Assembly: GCA_002269645.1 (NCBI GenBank) | Contig: NIVC01002012.1 | Span: 62,001 to 126,000, forward strand | Direction of reading: 5' to 3' | Length of the DNA stretch: 64,000 bases | Origin: Macrostomum lignano | Lineage: Eukaryota | Shown: positions 36,401 to 48,500 of the stretch, piece after piece | How the letters are laid out: every line of letters starts with the position of its first letter | Position numbering within the stretch: position 1 is the first letter of the stretch | Translations under genes and position numbers: made by a program | The notes under the pieces: model-generated | What the model saw: only the letters and a program-made list of their open reading frames with translations | The model's database searches: none | Told to the model about the DNA's origin: nothing

Positions 36401-38878
36401 TGTCCTCTGTTTTAATACCATGTGATAGATATTTGTTGTATAAGTAAAATGACACATTACTTTTGAATTTTGGTTGAGTAATAAAAAAGTTATAACACTT
36501 TTAGTGTCATTTTTTGACATTTTTGTAATGCAATTTTCCCATAAGGCACTGTGATCATTTTTGCTCAAAAGGTCTGATTTTCCGAGTTATAGATAATATA
36601 ACTTTTGAATGATTCAACAAATTTTCATTCCTAATATGTCATTTTTTAGCATTTTTATTCTCAAAAAATAATGTGCCATATATAGAATTTTAATCATTAA
36701 ACCATAATTATGCCACTTTTGTCCTTATATAGATCATCCAGATAAACACCAAGTTGATCTAGCTGGCTGGCAAGGGGCCCAGCCAAGGTAAACTGCAAAA
36801 ATGCTTATTCAGAAAACTCTAATAGTACTAATTAGATGATGAGGCATTTAGCCCTTAAAATACAATTATAGTTACTCCTGCCATTTATCCAAACATTACA
36901 TTAACTTTGATTATGCTTCTTTTATACTTAAGTTGCTTTTTTGATCAAAAAGTAATTCATACAGCCAGTGTATTCATGTATATGCATGCTTATATGCACA
37001 TATAATGTCCAATGCAATGAAACTTAATAGTAAAATTAAAATCAAATTGACTAATAAGATGATGAGTCACTTTATTATGAAACAGTGGTAATAGTTACTC
37101 CTGCCATTTACCCAAAAATTAGTGCCATTACTAGAGTTGCAGTAAGAGCTAGTAATGAGATCATTGTTTTGTCCTGTTTGTATGCCATTTGTATGTAAAT
37201 GCGGGAATACATATGAACAAGCAGTTTTCTACATTGGAAACAATGTGGCTAGTATAATAGAAAGCATCATTCAAATTCAAAAGTTCCATCAATGGTTTTT
37301 TAAAGGACAAAAACTCAAAGCAAAAATTGCTGGCTTACTATAAGGGTATATTTTTCAGTTTTTTGTAGTCAAATATATTTATATTTCATTGTGTTTACTA
37401 ACTTTTGTTACATTTGATCTAGTGTGCATTGTTTTATAATATAGAATGCCTTCCAGTATAGATATGAACTAATCAACTATATTTACAAAACTTTTTCTCA
37501 GAAAATATGGTATTTAAATTTATGCTAAAAAGAAATTAGTATAATTTTTGTTTAAATGTTGTGAAAGCAAATAACAGTTTACAAAATAAAATTTGTTTTA
37601 AATATATTGTGCAAGCAATATAAATTATAAATAGAAGGCCAATGAGGGGCTAAGAAGAGCAACTTAAGCTTAGATGATTCTGTCTGTTGCCTCTTTTTCC
37701 ACAAGTCTTGTGAGTACAATCATATTCCCTTAATTTTAAAATGGTTTTCAATCTTTTAGAAGCATATCTTTTTCCTATTTTTGGGCTTTAGCATTTATCA
37801 ACTTTTTAGTTTATATTGTAGCTTCTTTATATTGTTTACTGTTTTTATTTTAGGGACCTAATCACTTCTAAAGTTGATACCTTTTTTACATTTTTTCAAT
37901 TTTTTCCACCTTGTATATAGCTCATGGGACTCGCTATTTAGATAAATTAAGCCTAAATTTAGATAAAGCCTCTTAATCTCAATCAAGCTTTCATTGGGAA
38001 TTTGATAATAGGCTAATACTAATAGCCTAAACTATGTCATCTTATTCTTTTTCACAAAAAGACAAGTTTAAAGATCATAGGCCCTTGTTTAAAACTAGAA
38101 ATTAACAATACAATAGCCATGGCATAGCGATAGCTATACTGCCCATATATAGGTCTAAAGCCATGCCCATACCCCCATAGGCTTTAGTATTTTTACAATT
38201 GAAGTAGACCTAAAATGGTAATAAGTTCTTCTAGCATAAAAAAGTCAGTATAAAATGCAAAGCCAATAAAAAACTTTTTTATTCTTAACTATTCTTTGTT
38301 TTACTAATACTAATAGGGGCCTATAGATATTATAGCTTGAAAAAATTCTCAGTTCTTACTTTTCAAAAGATTAGCTTTGTTGACCCCAGTCAGGAAAATT
38401 TTTTTAATATGCTGAATTACATGTACTAAAGGCCAGGGGGAAAATAAATTTAAGGCTCTGGCGATGAACGTATGTTTATAGGCCTATAGTTCGAGATTAG
38501 TTCAAAGGCGCCTGTCTTGGTGGGTTTCCTTTAAAAAGATGTAAAGATTATGATGAAACTCTTTTAACGCTGCATACTGCATAGCTATTCAAAAAAGAAA
38601 ATGAATATCCTTAAACATTTTAATCGCGTAAGTTGCAGTTTACAGTCGGCTTGCGTACACATCTTTTAAAGATATTTGTTTTATTCTGTAATTCTACTTA
38701 GACACCGGATTTTGTTATTGGAAGTGTGGGTAGAGAAGTTAAAATGTGGCTCAAATATGGATAAAACATCTTCGACGAGAGTTGATACAAAAGGCCTGCT
38801 CACTCCGATTAAAACTAGACGATCTAGCAAACTTAGCGATAATAGTTCGCATCTATGCATTTTTTTGCCCATAGACAT
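30427..38878 (-). CDS. Uncharacterised spliced gene (~249 aa), possibly a degenerate small-GTPase-like fold
   Basis: Four phase-consistent GT-AG exons: 38878..38698, 35173..35100, 35009..34777, 34695..34598. The 3' exons 33528..33466 and 30527..30427 are tentative. Segments YHNHVGMIVFDYT and IFLVTIGERD weakly echo Rab-type strands; no P-loop. Confidence 0.5.
31090..31390 (-). mobile_element. Penelope-like element 3' fragment (pLTR-type remnant)
   Basis: Minus-strand KLLTEGILSKGTSLNN resembles the GIY-YIG C-terminal pattern (xLxxEsxxIxxxxPsLN). It is followed ~100 nt later by a hammerhead core. Confidence 0.5.
31125..31161 (-). ncRNA. Candidate minimal type-I hammerhead ribozyme
   Basis: The minus strand reads CC-CTGAAGA-T-GGTC-attgttg-GACC-GAA-ACGCGT-C-GG. 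This gives an intact CUGANGA/GAAA core, a 4-bp helix II, a palindromic helix III and a GUC cleavage triplet; helix I is only 2 bp. Confidence 0.62.
32542..33052. mobile_element. MITE-like element with ~60-bp imperfect TIRs containing a poly-C/poly-G tract
   Basis: AAGTATAAGATAAAC(C)nAGATTTGTTTCTTTGGCGT versus ACGCCATAGACAGCAAATCT(G)nTTATTATACTT. No TSD found. Confidence 0.6.
33571..33881 (+). mobile_element. tRNA-derived SINE, full-length copy
   Basis: A box TAGCTTAGTGG and B box GGTTCGAATCC, then the CORE/V-like GTGCCCTTGAGCAAGACACTTAAC and an ATT-rich tail. Homologous to 49861..50115 and 34137..34350. Confidence 0.85.
34137..34350 (-). mobile_element. 5'-truncated copy of the same SINE, inverted
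   Basis: The reverse complement matches 33650..33850 (CCTTGAGCAAGACAC...CAGCCGTACGCAGCCTTCAGATGCG...GAGCTGTCGGTTGCACATCTGCC). Confidence 0.85.
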
Positions 38879-39876
38879 GGAGTTTTGAGCGAGCACTTTC
38901 GAAAATGTAAAGTGTAGCAAAAGCTTCATGAAACAGAAATGACTACAATTTGTCACTTTTCACTTGTCGTACTAGTCAAATTGTCACTTGTTACTTGGTA
39001 CATGTAGTTGTAGTTTTCTCATAAAATCCACCCCAGACATAACATTTCACAAAAAGTTAATGTTAGTTTTTTAAAGAGATTAAAAACTGCAAGTATGGTG
39101 TTCTAATTTTTTCATATTTCTTCATAATCCATGTTTCAACTGTCAAGCACTTTAGTTATTATAACTAACGGTTCTGTCTATGGATTTGAGGGTTCGCAGA
39201 CCTCTGATTTCGCTGTTCCTGCCCGAAAATCTATAGGCAGAGCTGTGCTGTCTCATCATTTCGAAGGCGCCACTAAGCATTAACCAATAACCATAGACAA
39301 AACTAGCGCGCGTGCACGGAATGAACTCTTGTCCGCGTTTCAAAACCGCGGGAACACATTGACGATTCCATGTGCCATGGGGCCCGCTAAATCATTGGAC
39401 AAAACTAGGCAATCGCCCACCATGCGGGGTCAACCATGGATCTTAATACTATGGGGTTAACATAAGAAAACCCCGGTCAGTGTAATCTCAGTCAGCGTTC
39501 CACTCAAAGTCGGAGTTAAATAGTTTAATTTGCTATGAAGTTTGAAATGGAACAACGCGAAGGCCATAGATTATCCATTTGAACGAGCCTCGTACTTTCT
39601 TTATCATCGTGATTTGCGAGTTTCCCTGTCTTGAGTGATAAGACGTCATTGTGTTGTCCTTTAAAACCCTACGCTGTATTGTTATTCTCATTTAAATAAA
39701 AAATAAATCAGGTCAAATGCTACGCTTACCAAACATTTATTATAATTCGGTGCCTTTTGAACCGCAGCTTGTTACGCTAGTTTATTTACATAACACATCT
39801 GGACTAAAATAGTCTCATCAATAGTAGCTCCTAGTAGTTCGTCTATTAACAGTCACCGAATGTGCATCAATGTAAT

Positions 39877-40554
39877 TTACAAAGCCAAAGTATCTTTCAG
39901 AATCTTCTTAACGGCGCCGCCCATGGTAGCTTGCACTGGATCGTCGTTACAAGTGGAGTAGTGTACCCGGAAATGATGCGGCGTCAACAGTGGACATTGC
40001 ATGTCCAAGATCTGATCGAAATCGCCAGTTCTAGCCAGTTTAGGCTTATAGGTGTCCGGATTCACCATAGTGTCGTTAATATAAAATATCGCATCTGTGA
40101 CGGCTTGAGTGAGCTTGTCGCGATGAGCAGATCTGGCAGTTTCGGTGTCAAACGAGGTCAAATTAACGTGAACAATCCAGATCTCCCAGGGCACCGGATC
40201 GCTAGCGAAGACGCCCCATTTGGCTCGCTTCTGCTCGTGAAATTCCAGCGCAACACTGCCGGTGCCTCGCTCGGAACTCTGACCAGACCGGAGCTGCTTG
40301 ACAAACGCCTGAATTGGTTGATTGACTTTGTTAACAACTTCATCGCAGGATACTCGAGTGTAAGTGACTTCGATTGATTCGCAGTCCTCGTCAGTCAGTC
40401 CAGCGGCTCCCACAGTCCAGGTGTTGCCGCCCTCTTTAACAGAGATTTTAGCGTAGCAACGATGCAGCAGAACTGTGTGGAATACCGAACGGACCACTTC
40501 TTCAACTTCCATGCCCTCCAAGTCGAAGGAGAACGTGTGCTTTTGAACGTTCAT
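39877..40554 (-). CDS. ATG101: Autophagy-related protein 101 (HORMA domain), single coding exon, 225 aa
   Basis: Motifs FHTVLLHR, EVTYTRV, LEFHEQKRAKW, PWEIW and the C-terminal KDTLAL match ATG101. Confidence 0.96.
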   Translation of the reverse strand: MNVQKHTFSFDLEGMEVEEVVRSVFHTVLLHRCYAKISVKEGGNTWTVGAAGLTDEDCESIEVTYTRVSCDEVVNKVNQPIQAFVKQLRSGQSSERGTGSVALEFHEQKRAKWGVFASDPVPWEIWIVHVNLTSFDTETARSAHRDKLTQAVTDAIFYINDTMVNPDTYKPKLARTGDFDQILDMQCPLLTPHHFRVHYSTCNDDPVQATMGGAVKKILKDTLAL

Positions 40555-40696
40555 GTTTTTTCTTCAATAACTGCAATGAGGAGTTTGCGTCCATTAACCG
40601 ATTGGAATATTTGGAGGAATTTAATTGTTTTAACTGTTTAATTTAATTTAATCAAAGGGAACTATGGGAACAATTAATCCCGTGGAAATATTTCCG

Positions 40697-42200
40697 AATG
40701 AGAACAGATTCTCAATCTCCCGATGAGAACAGATCCTCGATCTCCCCATGAGAACAGATCCTCAATCTCCCGATGAGAACAGATCCTCAATCTCCCCAAG
40801 AGAACAGATCCTCAACTCTCCCATGAGAACAGATCCTCAACTCTCCCATGAGAACAGATCCTCAATTCTCCCATGAAAACAGATCAACAATCTCCCTATG
40901 AGAACAGATCCTCAACTCTCCCATGAGAACAGATCCTCAAACTCCCCATAAAAACAGATTCTCAATTCTCCCATGAGAACAGATCCTCAACTCTCCCCAA
41001 GAGAACAGATCCTCAACTCTCCCATGAGAACAGATCCTCAACTCTCCCATGAGAACAGATCCTCAATCTCCCCAAGAGAACAGATCCTCAATCTCCCCAA
41101 GAGAACAGATCCTCAATCTCCCCATGAGAACAGATCCTCAATCTCCCCAAGAGAACAGATCCTCAATCTCCCCATGACAACAGATCCTCAATCTCCCCAT
41201 GAGAACAGATCCTCAATCTCCCCAAGAGAACAGATCCTCAATCTCCCCATGAGAACAGATCCTCAATCTCCCCAAGAGAACAGATCCTCAACTCTCCCAT
41301 GAGAACAGATCCTCAATTCACCCATCAGAACAGATCCTCAATCTCCCCATGAGAACAGATCCTCAATTCACCCATGAGAACAGATCCTCAATCTCTCCAT
41401 CAGAACAGATCCTCAATCTCCCCATGAGAACAGATCCTCAATCTCTCCATCAGAACAGATTCTCAATTCTTCCATGAGAACAGATCCTCAATCTCCCCAT
41501 GAGAACAGATCCTCAATCTCCCCATGAGAACAGATTCTCAATCCCTCCATGAGAACAGATCCTCAATTTACCTATGAGAACAAATCCTCAATTCACCTAT
41601 GAGAACAGATCCTCAATTCACCCATGAGAACAGATCCTCAATTCACCCATGAGAACAGATCCTCAATTCACCCATGAGAACAAATCCTCAATTCACCTAT
41701 GAGAACAAATCCTCAATTCACCTATGAGAACAGATCCTTAATTCCATCGTGAGAACACATCCTTAATTCCCTCATGAGAACAGATCCTCAATTCACCTAT
41801 GAGAACAGATCCTTAATTCCATCGTGAGAACACATCCTTAATTCCCTCATGAGAACAAATCCTCAATTCACCTATGAGAACAAATCCTCAATTCACCTAT
41901 GAGAACAAATCCTCAATTCACCTATGAGAACAAATCCTCAATTCACCCATGAGAACAGATCCTCAATTCACCCATCAGAACAGATCCTCAATTCACCCAT
42001 CAGAACAGATCCTGAATTCACCCATGAGAACAGATCCTCAATTCACCCATCAGAACAGATCCTCAATTCACCCATCAGAACAGATCCTCAATTCACCCAT
42101 GAGAACAGATCCTCAACTCTCCCATGAGAACAGATCCTCAATTCACCTATGAGAACAGATCCTTAATTCCATCGTGAGAACACATCCTTAATTCCCTCAT
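40697..42200. repeat. 25-bp minisatellite between NAT10 and ATG101
   Basis: ATGAGAACAGATCCTCAATCTCCCC, about 60 units; the variant changes gradually to ...ATTCACC(C/T). Confidence 0.95.
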
Positions 42201-42513
42201 GAGAACAGATCCTTAGTTTCTCCCAAGATGCCAAAAACTTTTCTGAGAAATACATATTCAAGCTGCAATAGAACTAAAACACCGGAACTAAACCACAGAC
42301 CCTAAAATGCTAAATTTCAGTTTAAAACAAAAGCAAAACAGCATTGGTTTTTTATCCACAAACAACAAAAAAGTAGCCGAGAGAAATGCTGCAGACAGAT
42401 GATGAAGCAATCAAACAAAGCATAAAATGCCATATATTTACTAGCTGGCTACTTTCAGTAAAGTTGTCAATGTACTTTTTAATTTCTAATCAATTTGATG
42501 AAAACAATTTTAT

Positions 42514-45500
42514 TCATTTAAACTTCGGCTTTTTTTTCTTTCCGCCTCCGCCGTGACCGCTGCCGCGTTTGTTGCCGCCAGGCTGCTGCTGCTGCTTGCT
42601 CTTGGCGCTGTTCAGCCGATTCAAAGTCGGCAGCGCCGATCCCGGCGCAGCATCGGCCGGTATGGCGAACTCCTCAGCGCCGCCGTCGGCTAGTAGGAGT
42701 TCCTGAAGTCGGCGACGATGCTCGGCTTCGACTTCGGCGGCTCCGGTGTTGAGCTCATCGGCTAGGCTTGGCTGCTGCTGACCCGACCCGACCAAGGGCG
42801 CTTCGGACGGTCGAAGGTCGGGCAGCAGGCGCTCGGCAACGCCGGCCTCTTGAAGTTCGCGCAGAGTTCGTTCGGCTTTACGAATTATTCGATTAAACAG
42901 GCCGAGGACCTGATTCGTTGAAAGGCAGGTGTTTTCAATGTCATTTAAAAAAGCAATTTCGATACATATCGGCTTTTAAAAAACTAGGGATTTCGATATA
43001 TATCGACTTTTTAAAAACTATCGATTTCGATACATATCAGCTTTTTAAGAACTAGAGATTTCGATACATATCAGCTTTTTAAGAACTAGAGATTTCGATA
43101 CACGTCGGCTTTTAAAAAACTAAGGACTTCGATACATATCGGCTCCCAATAAAATAGAGGTTTCGATACATATCGGCTTTTTAAAAACTATCGATTTCGA
43201 TAGATATCGGCTTTTAAAAAACTAAGGACTTCGATACATATCGGCTCCCAATAAAATAGAGATTTCGATACATATCGGCTCATAAATAAAAACAGGGATT
43301 TGATACAATTCAACTTTTAATAAACTATAAGTTTCGATACATATCGGCTCTTAAAAACCTAAGCTTGGAATGAAATATACTTTATTGTAAAGAAAGTCAA
43401 TGCAAACTGACTTTTGAACTTTTGAACAATACAAACTAAATAAACACTTATCAAACAGTTATTCGATAACTAACTTCTAGCTGAATATTTACCTGAGAAA
43501 CCGGCATTGACAGGTCGGCGGCCACAGAATCGGCGGATTTCATTTGCAGTCCGCAGCCCAGCAGAATGGCCTGCTGAGTGACGGTTAGGCCGCCCATCTC
43601 GCCTAAGTCGCCAGCGAAATACAATCGAGCCAGTGGGCAGAGCAAGTCCGTGATTAGATAATGATCGGCCTGAATAGAATGCGTCGGTTTTCTTATAGTT
43701 GGCTAATTGTTAATTTCGATACATATCGGCAACTTGACTTAAGTTAGTTCGCAAAAAAAACAGTGCGATCTAAATAGGTACAATTAAAACTAGAATAAAA
43801 AACTAGAATACCCAACTTTTAGATACGTATCCGATGCCAGTGCTTTTTTCGATACATATCGGCTACTTTATTCTGAAAGACCGAAATATATAATTTTCGA
43901 TACACATCGGCTACTTTATATTAAAAGACCGAAAGTATAGTTTTCGATACATATCGGCTACTGTATCTTAAATGTGGTTTTCCATACATATCGGCTACTT
44001 TATCTTAAATATTGTTTTCGATACATATCGGCTACACTGTGTCTTAAATATGGTTTTCGATACATATCGGCTACTTTATTCTGAAAGACCGAAATATATA
44101 ATTTTCGATACACATCGGCTACTTTATATTAAAAGACCGAAAGTATAGTTTTCGATACATATCGGCTACTGTATCTTAAATGTGGTTTTCCATACATATC
44201 GGCTACTTTATCTTAAATATTGTTTTCGATACATATCGGCTACACTGTGTCTTAAATATGGTTTTCGATACATATCGGCTACTGTATCTTAAAGATGGTT
44301 TTCGATACATATCGGCTACTTTATCTTAAATGTGGTTTTCAATACATATCGGCTACTTAATCTTAAATATTGTTTTCGATACATATCGGCTACTGTATCT
44401 TAAATATGGTTTTCGATATATATCGGCTACACTGTATCTTAAATATGGTTTTCGATACAAATAAGCTACTTTATCTTAAATATTGTTTTCGATACATATC
44501 GGCTACTGTATCTTAAAGATGGTTTTCGATACATATCGGCTACTGTATCTTAACAGACCGAAAATATAGTTTTCGATACATATCGGCTACTGTATCTTAA
44601 CAGACCGAAAATATAGTTTTCGATACATATCGGCTTTCTAACCTGAGCAGCGGCATAGTCGCTCAGCCGACGCAGATCGTAGGCGCTGAACGATTGCTCA
44701 ACTCTGGCCGAATTCAACACCGGCGGTCGACGCGCCTGCAGCTGACGGTGCCGAACCAATTCGAGAGCGAAGGCGACTGGCAAGCGTCGAAGCGAATCCC
44801 CGGCTAGCAGGTAAATCAATCGACGCCTAAAATCGACAAAATAGTCCAATAGCCAGTCGGGATGCGGAGCGTCGTTAGTTGCTAGGTGACGCAATAGTAC
44901 AGCCGAATGCTCGCCAGTGATGGCGTTGGGAGTCTGGCGCAGGTACAGCGGAGCGAAGCCGGCCCGCTTCCAGAAACGGGTGAGGTCGTGCGTCAGGCCG
45001 AAGCTGACGGCCAGGTAGTGCAGCGGCTCCGGACGGCGCTCCGTCAGAGCGGACAGCAGGGGAGGCAGCTGGGATCTAGCGGCGGATTAAGGCCAAAGGA
45101 AGTGTCAATGACGCTTTTGGATAAATGCGAGTGGAAAGTTGACAAACACATGGGATTTTAGATACAGATCGGGATCAGAAAGGTGGGATGGCAAGGGGAT
45201 TCATTTGGAATTAAATCAGGATGGGGATTTGAGCAAGGATTCTGTAGCGAGCAACTCTAGCTGGTTGTTGCGAGTGTTCGTTAGCCACTCAAAAGGTTAA
45301 GAAATAGAATGTGGCTGTGCCTGTATATTTATTGTCTGGTAGAACACAGATTTCCGGTTCATTGAGTGCGCGTTGGGATGTGCTCGAGCAGAGGGAAGGA
45401 TAGGCTGGGTGGGGGTCACGGAGTGCAAACTAGGTACCCGAACTGCCTGCCTGCGCATGCTACATCCCTCGTCTGGTGGATTGGAACCCGGGGTGGGGTT

Positions 45501-48500
45501 GGGTACAACGTTGGGTTCATGTTACGCGCGATCGAGCAATCAGTATCAGTCATTAGAGTCAATGATCAGTCCTTGCTGCTGTTCCGCCAGCTGTCAGATG
45601 TCCAGAGCCTTTCGCCGGTCGCCCTCTTCGTAGCGTTTCGGCGTCTCCTTGGCCTGTCGGGGGTGCGGCCTGTTGGCGAGAGGGACGTCCTGGTTGCCGG
45701 TTGGCTCGGGCGGGCCGGTTGGTTCATCCGGCCGGCTGTCCTGTCCGCTGTCGCGTTCTCCGGGGTCACCCGGCCACTCGTCGGCTGCCTGGGAGACTCG
45801 CTTGACGTGGCTGGCGTGCCTGGAGCACCTCTGGCCGGCCCGTTGGAGCTGCAGGGTGTTGCCGCGGATTTCTGTCACGGTCCATGGCGAGGCCTCGAAG
45901 AAGGGGTCGGTCTTGCTGCGGTTGGTGAGCCGGCGGAGTACGAGGTCGCCTACGGTGATCTGGTGGTCGGTGGCGCCCCTCTTGCTGTCGGCGAAGGCCT
46001 TCATCCGCTCCTTCGCCCTGGAGTCGTGGCCGCGGACGGTCTGTCGCCTGGCGTCAACCGGCCGGGAGTGGCGCAAGCTGGGGATCGTGTCGTTGAGCTG
46101 TCGGCCGAATAGCAGGTCGGCTGGGCCATGCCGGTTGCTGCGTGCGGTGTTCGCCGGTATGCAGCCAGGTAGTCGTCCAGTGCCGCCTGCCAGTCGCTGC
46201 CTTCCAGAATCGCCGCTCTGATTGCCTTATTGAGGCCTCGGTTGCATCGCTCTACGAGTCCGTTGGCTTGGGGATGCAGCGGCGTAGTCCGATGGTGGTG
46301 GACGCCCTGGCTGCGCAGGAAGGCGTTGAATTCTGCGGACGAGAATGGCGGGCCGTTGTCGGTGGTGATCTTGACTGGCTGGCCGAACGTGCTGAATTAC
46401 TGGCGGAGGGTTCGGATGACCGGAGCTGCCGCTGTCGACCCCGACATCGTCTGTACCAGTGGGAAACGTGAAAAATAGTCGGTGCACACCAGCAGCATGT
46501 GGCCTCTGATCGGTCCCAGGAAGTCTAGGCCCAGCTCTAGCCACAGCCCCTGCGGCAGCTCAGTCGGCTGAAGTGGGGCTGCCTTCAATTCGGCTGTGTT
46601 CGTGCAGGCCTTGCAGCTGAGGCAGGAGTTTACGAAGTTCTCGACGGAGGCCCGCATTGAGGGCCACCAGACCTTTGTCTGGAGGCGTGCCAATGTTTTC
46701 TGGACACCCAGGTGGCCTTGGTGCGCCAGCTGCAGGCAGCGGTAGCGCAGAATGGCAGGAACGACGATTTGGTGCCCTTTGAGCAGGAGTCCGTCGTGTT
46801 GTGAGAGCTCGTGCCGCAGGCCGTGCAGGCTGCGCGTGTCGTGGCTATCGAGTTGCCACCGACGGGACCGGAGCCCGGATACGGCGGCTTGGATCGCCTT
46901 GTCGCCTGCGGCGGCAACCTTGATCGTTTCGAGGCTGATGCTGTTCGGTGCTGCTGCCTGTGCTGTCATTGCGATGTAAGCCGTGTCGAGATCCTCACCC
47001 TGGTTGTTCGGCGGTGTTGGACGTGGCTGATGGCTCAGGACATCTGCCGGGTTGTCTGCGCCCGGCTGGTAGGTGACTTCGAAGTGGAGATCCTGCAGCC
47101 GAAGTGCCATGCGCTCGATCCGTGGCGGGGGCCGCGAGCCGGGGCTGAGCAGGCTGACCAGCGGCTTGTGGTCGGTGATGACCTTGAACTTTGGGCAGCC
47201 GCTAAGGTAGTGGTGGAACTTGAGGCACCCGAATTTGACGGCCAGCGCCTCCCTCTCTGTTTGCGAGTAGCGCTGCTCGGTGTCACTGAGGCTGCGGCTG
47301 GCGTAGGCGATTGGCCTGGTGAGGCCGCCAGGTTGCACCTGGGCGAGGATCGCCCCGAGGCCGGTCGGGCTGGCGTCGACGATCAGCCTGGTCTCGCAGT
47401 TCTTGTTGAAGAAGGCAAGCGTGGTGCTGTGAGCGATCGACTGCTTGATTGTCTGAAAGGCTGAGGCTTGCTGTGGACCCCACGACCATTTCACGTTCTT
47501 CTTGGTCAGCTCTCGAAGTGGCCTCGCTTTGTCGGCGAGGTTTGGGATGAAGCGGGCTACGAATGTGACGAGTCCGAGAAAGGACCGCACCTCCGTTGCA
47601 TTTTCTGGTCGCTTGAAGTTGGCCACAGCTTCCAGCCTTTCCTCGGTCGGTTGGATTCCGGCCGCCGAGAGGCGCATGGCCAGGAAGTCGGCCTGCTGGG
47701 TTGCAATGCGGCATTTGCGGGGGTTCAGAGTCACGTTGTGTTGACGCAGCCTGACAAGGCAGTTGCGCAGCCTCTCGTTGTGCTCCTTTATGGTGCTGGC
47801 GAAGATAATGATATCGTCATGGACCCACCGCACGCCTCTCAAACCGCTCAGGATAGATGTCATGACGCGCTGTAGGATTTCAGATGCTGAGGTAAATCCC
47901 ATGCAAAGGCGCTTGAGGCGGAGCAGGCCCAGAGGCGTTGAGAAAGTGAGCAGCTGCCGGGACTCCTCGCTGACCTCGATCTGGTGGAAGGCCTTGGCAA
48001 CGTCTAGTTCGGAGAAATAGGTGGAGCCGGCCATCTCGTCGGTGACTTCTTCGAATGTCGGTATTGGCTGCTTTTCTGGAATGACGTACTTATTGACGTC
48101 CCTCAGGTCCTGCGTGATGCGGATTTCGCCTGGCGAGGCCTTTGGAACGACCACCATGCGTGAACTCCAAGCGCTGGGCCCCGTCACTCGCTCCAGGATG
48201 CCGGCTGCTAGCTGGCCCTTCAGCTCCTTTTCCACGGCGGTTCGAAGATGCACTGGAACTCGAGACGGAGGGTGGCAGACTGGCACCGCTTCTTCTTTCA
48301 GCTGGATGCTGACTGAGACGCCCTTGATGCAGCCGATTCCTTGAAACCTGTCGCTGAACTCCTTCATGATCGATGACAGTCGCAAGTCTTGCGGAAGGTG
48401 CAGGTCGTTAACCGTTGGTGTCAGTCCGGCGGTGAGAGCTGTCTCGGCCTGCGGTCCGACCCTCAGCATCCCCATCTGCGTGCTTGTCTCGCGGCCTAGG

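Noticed and set aside
42955-44635. CRISPR-like pattern (constant core with variable linkers)
   Set aside because: The linkers are related to one another, the arrays are intronic in a eukaryotic gene, and there are no cas genes.
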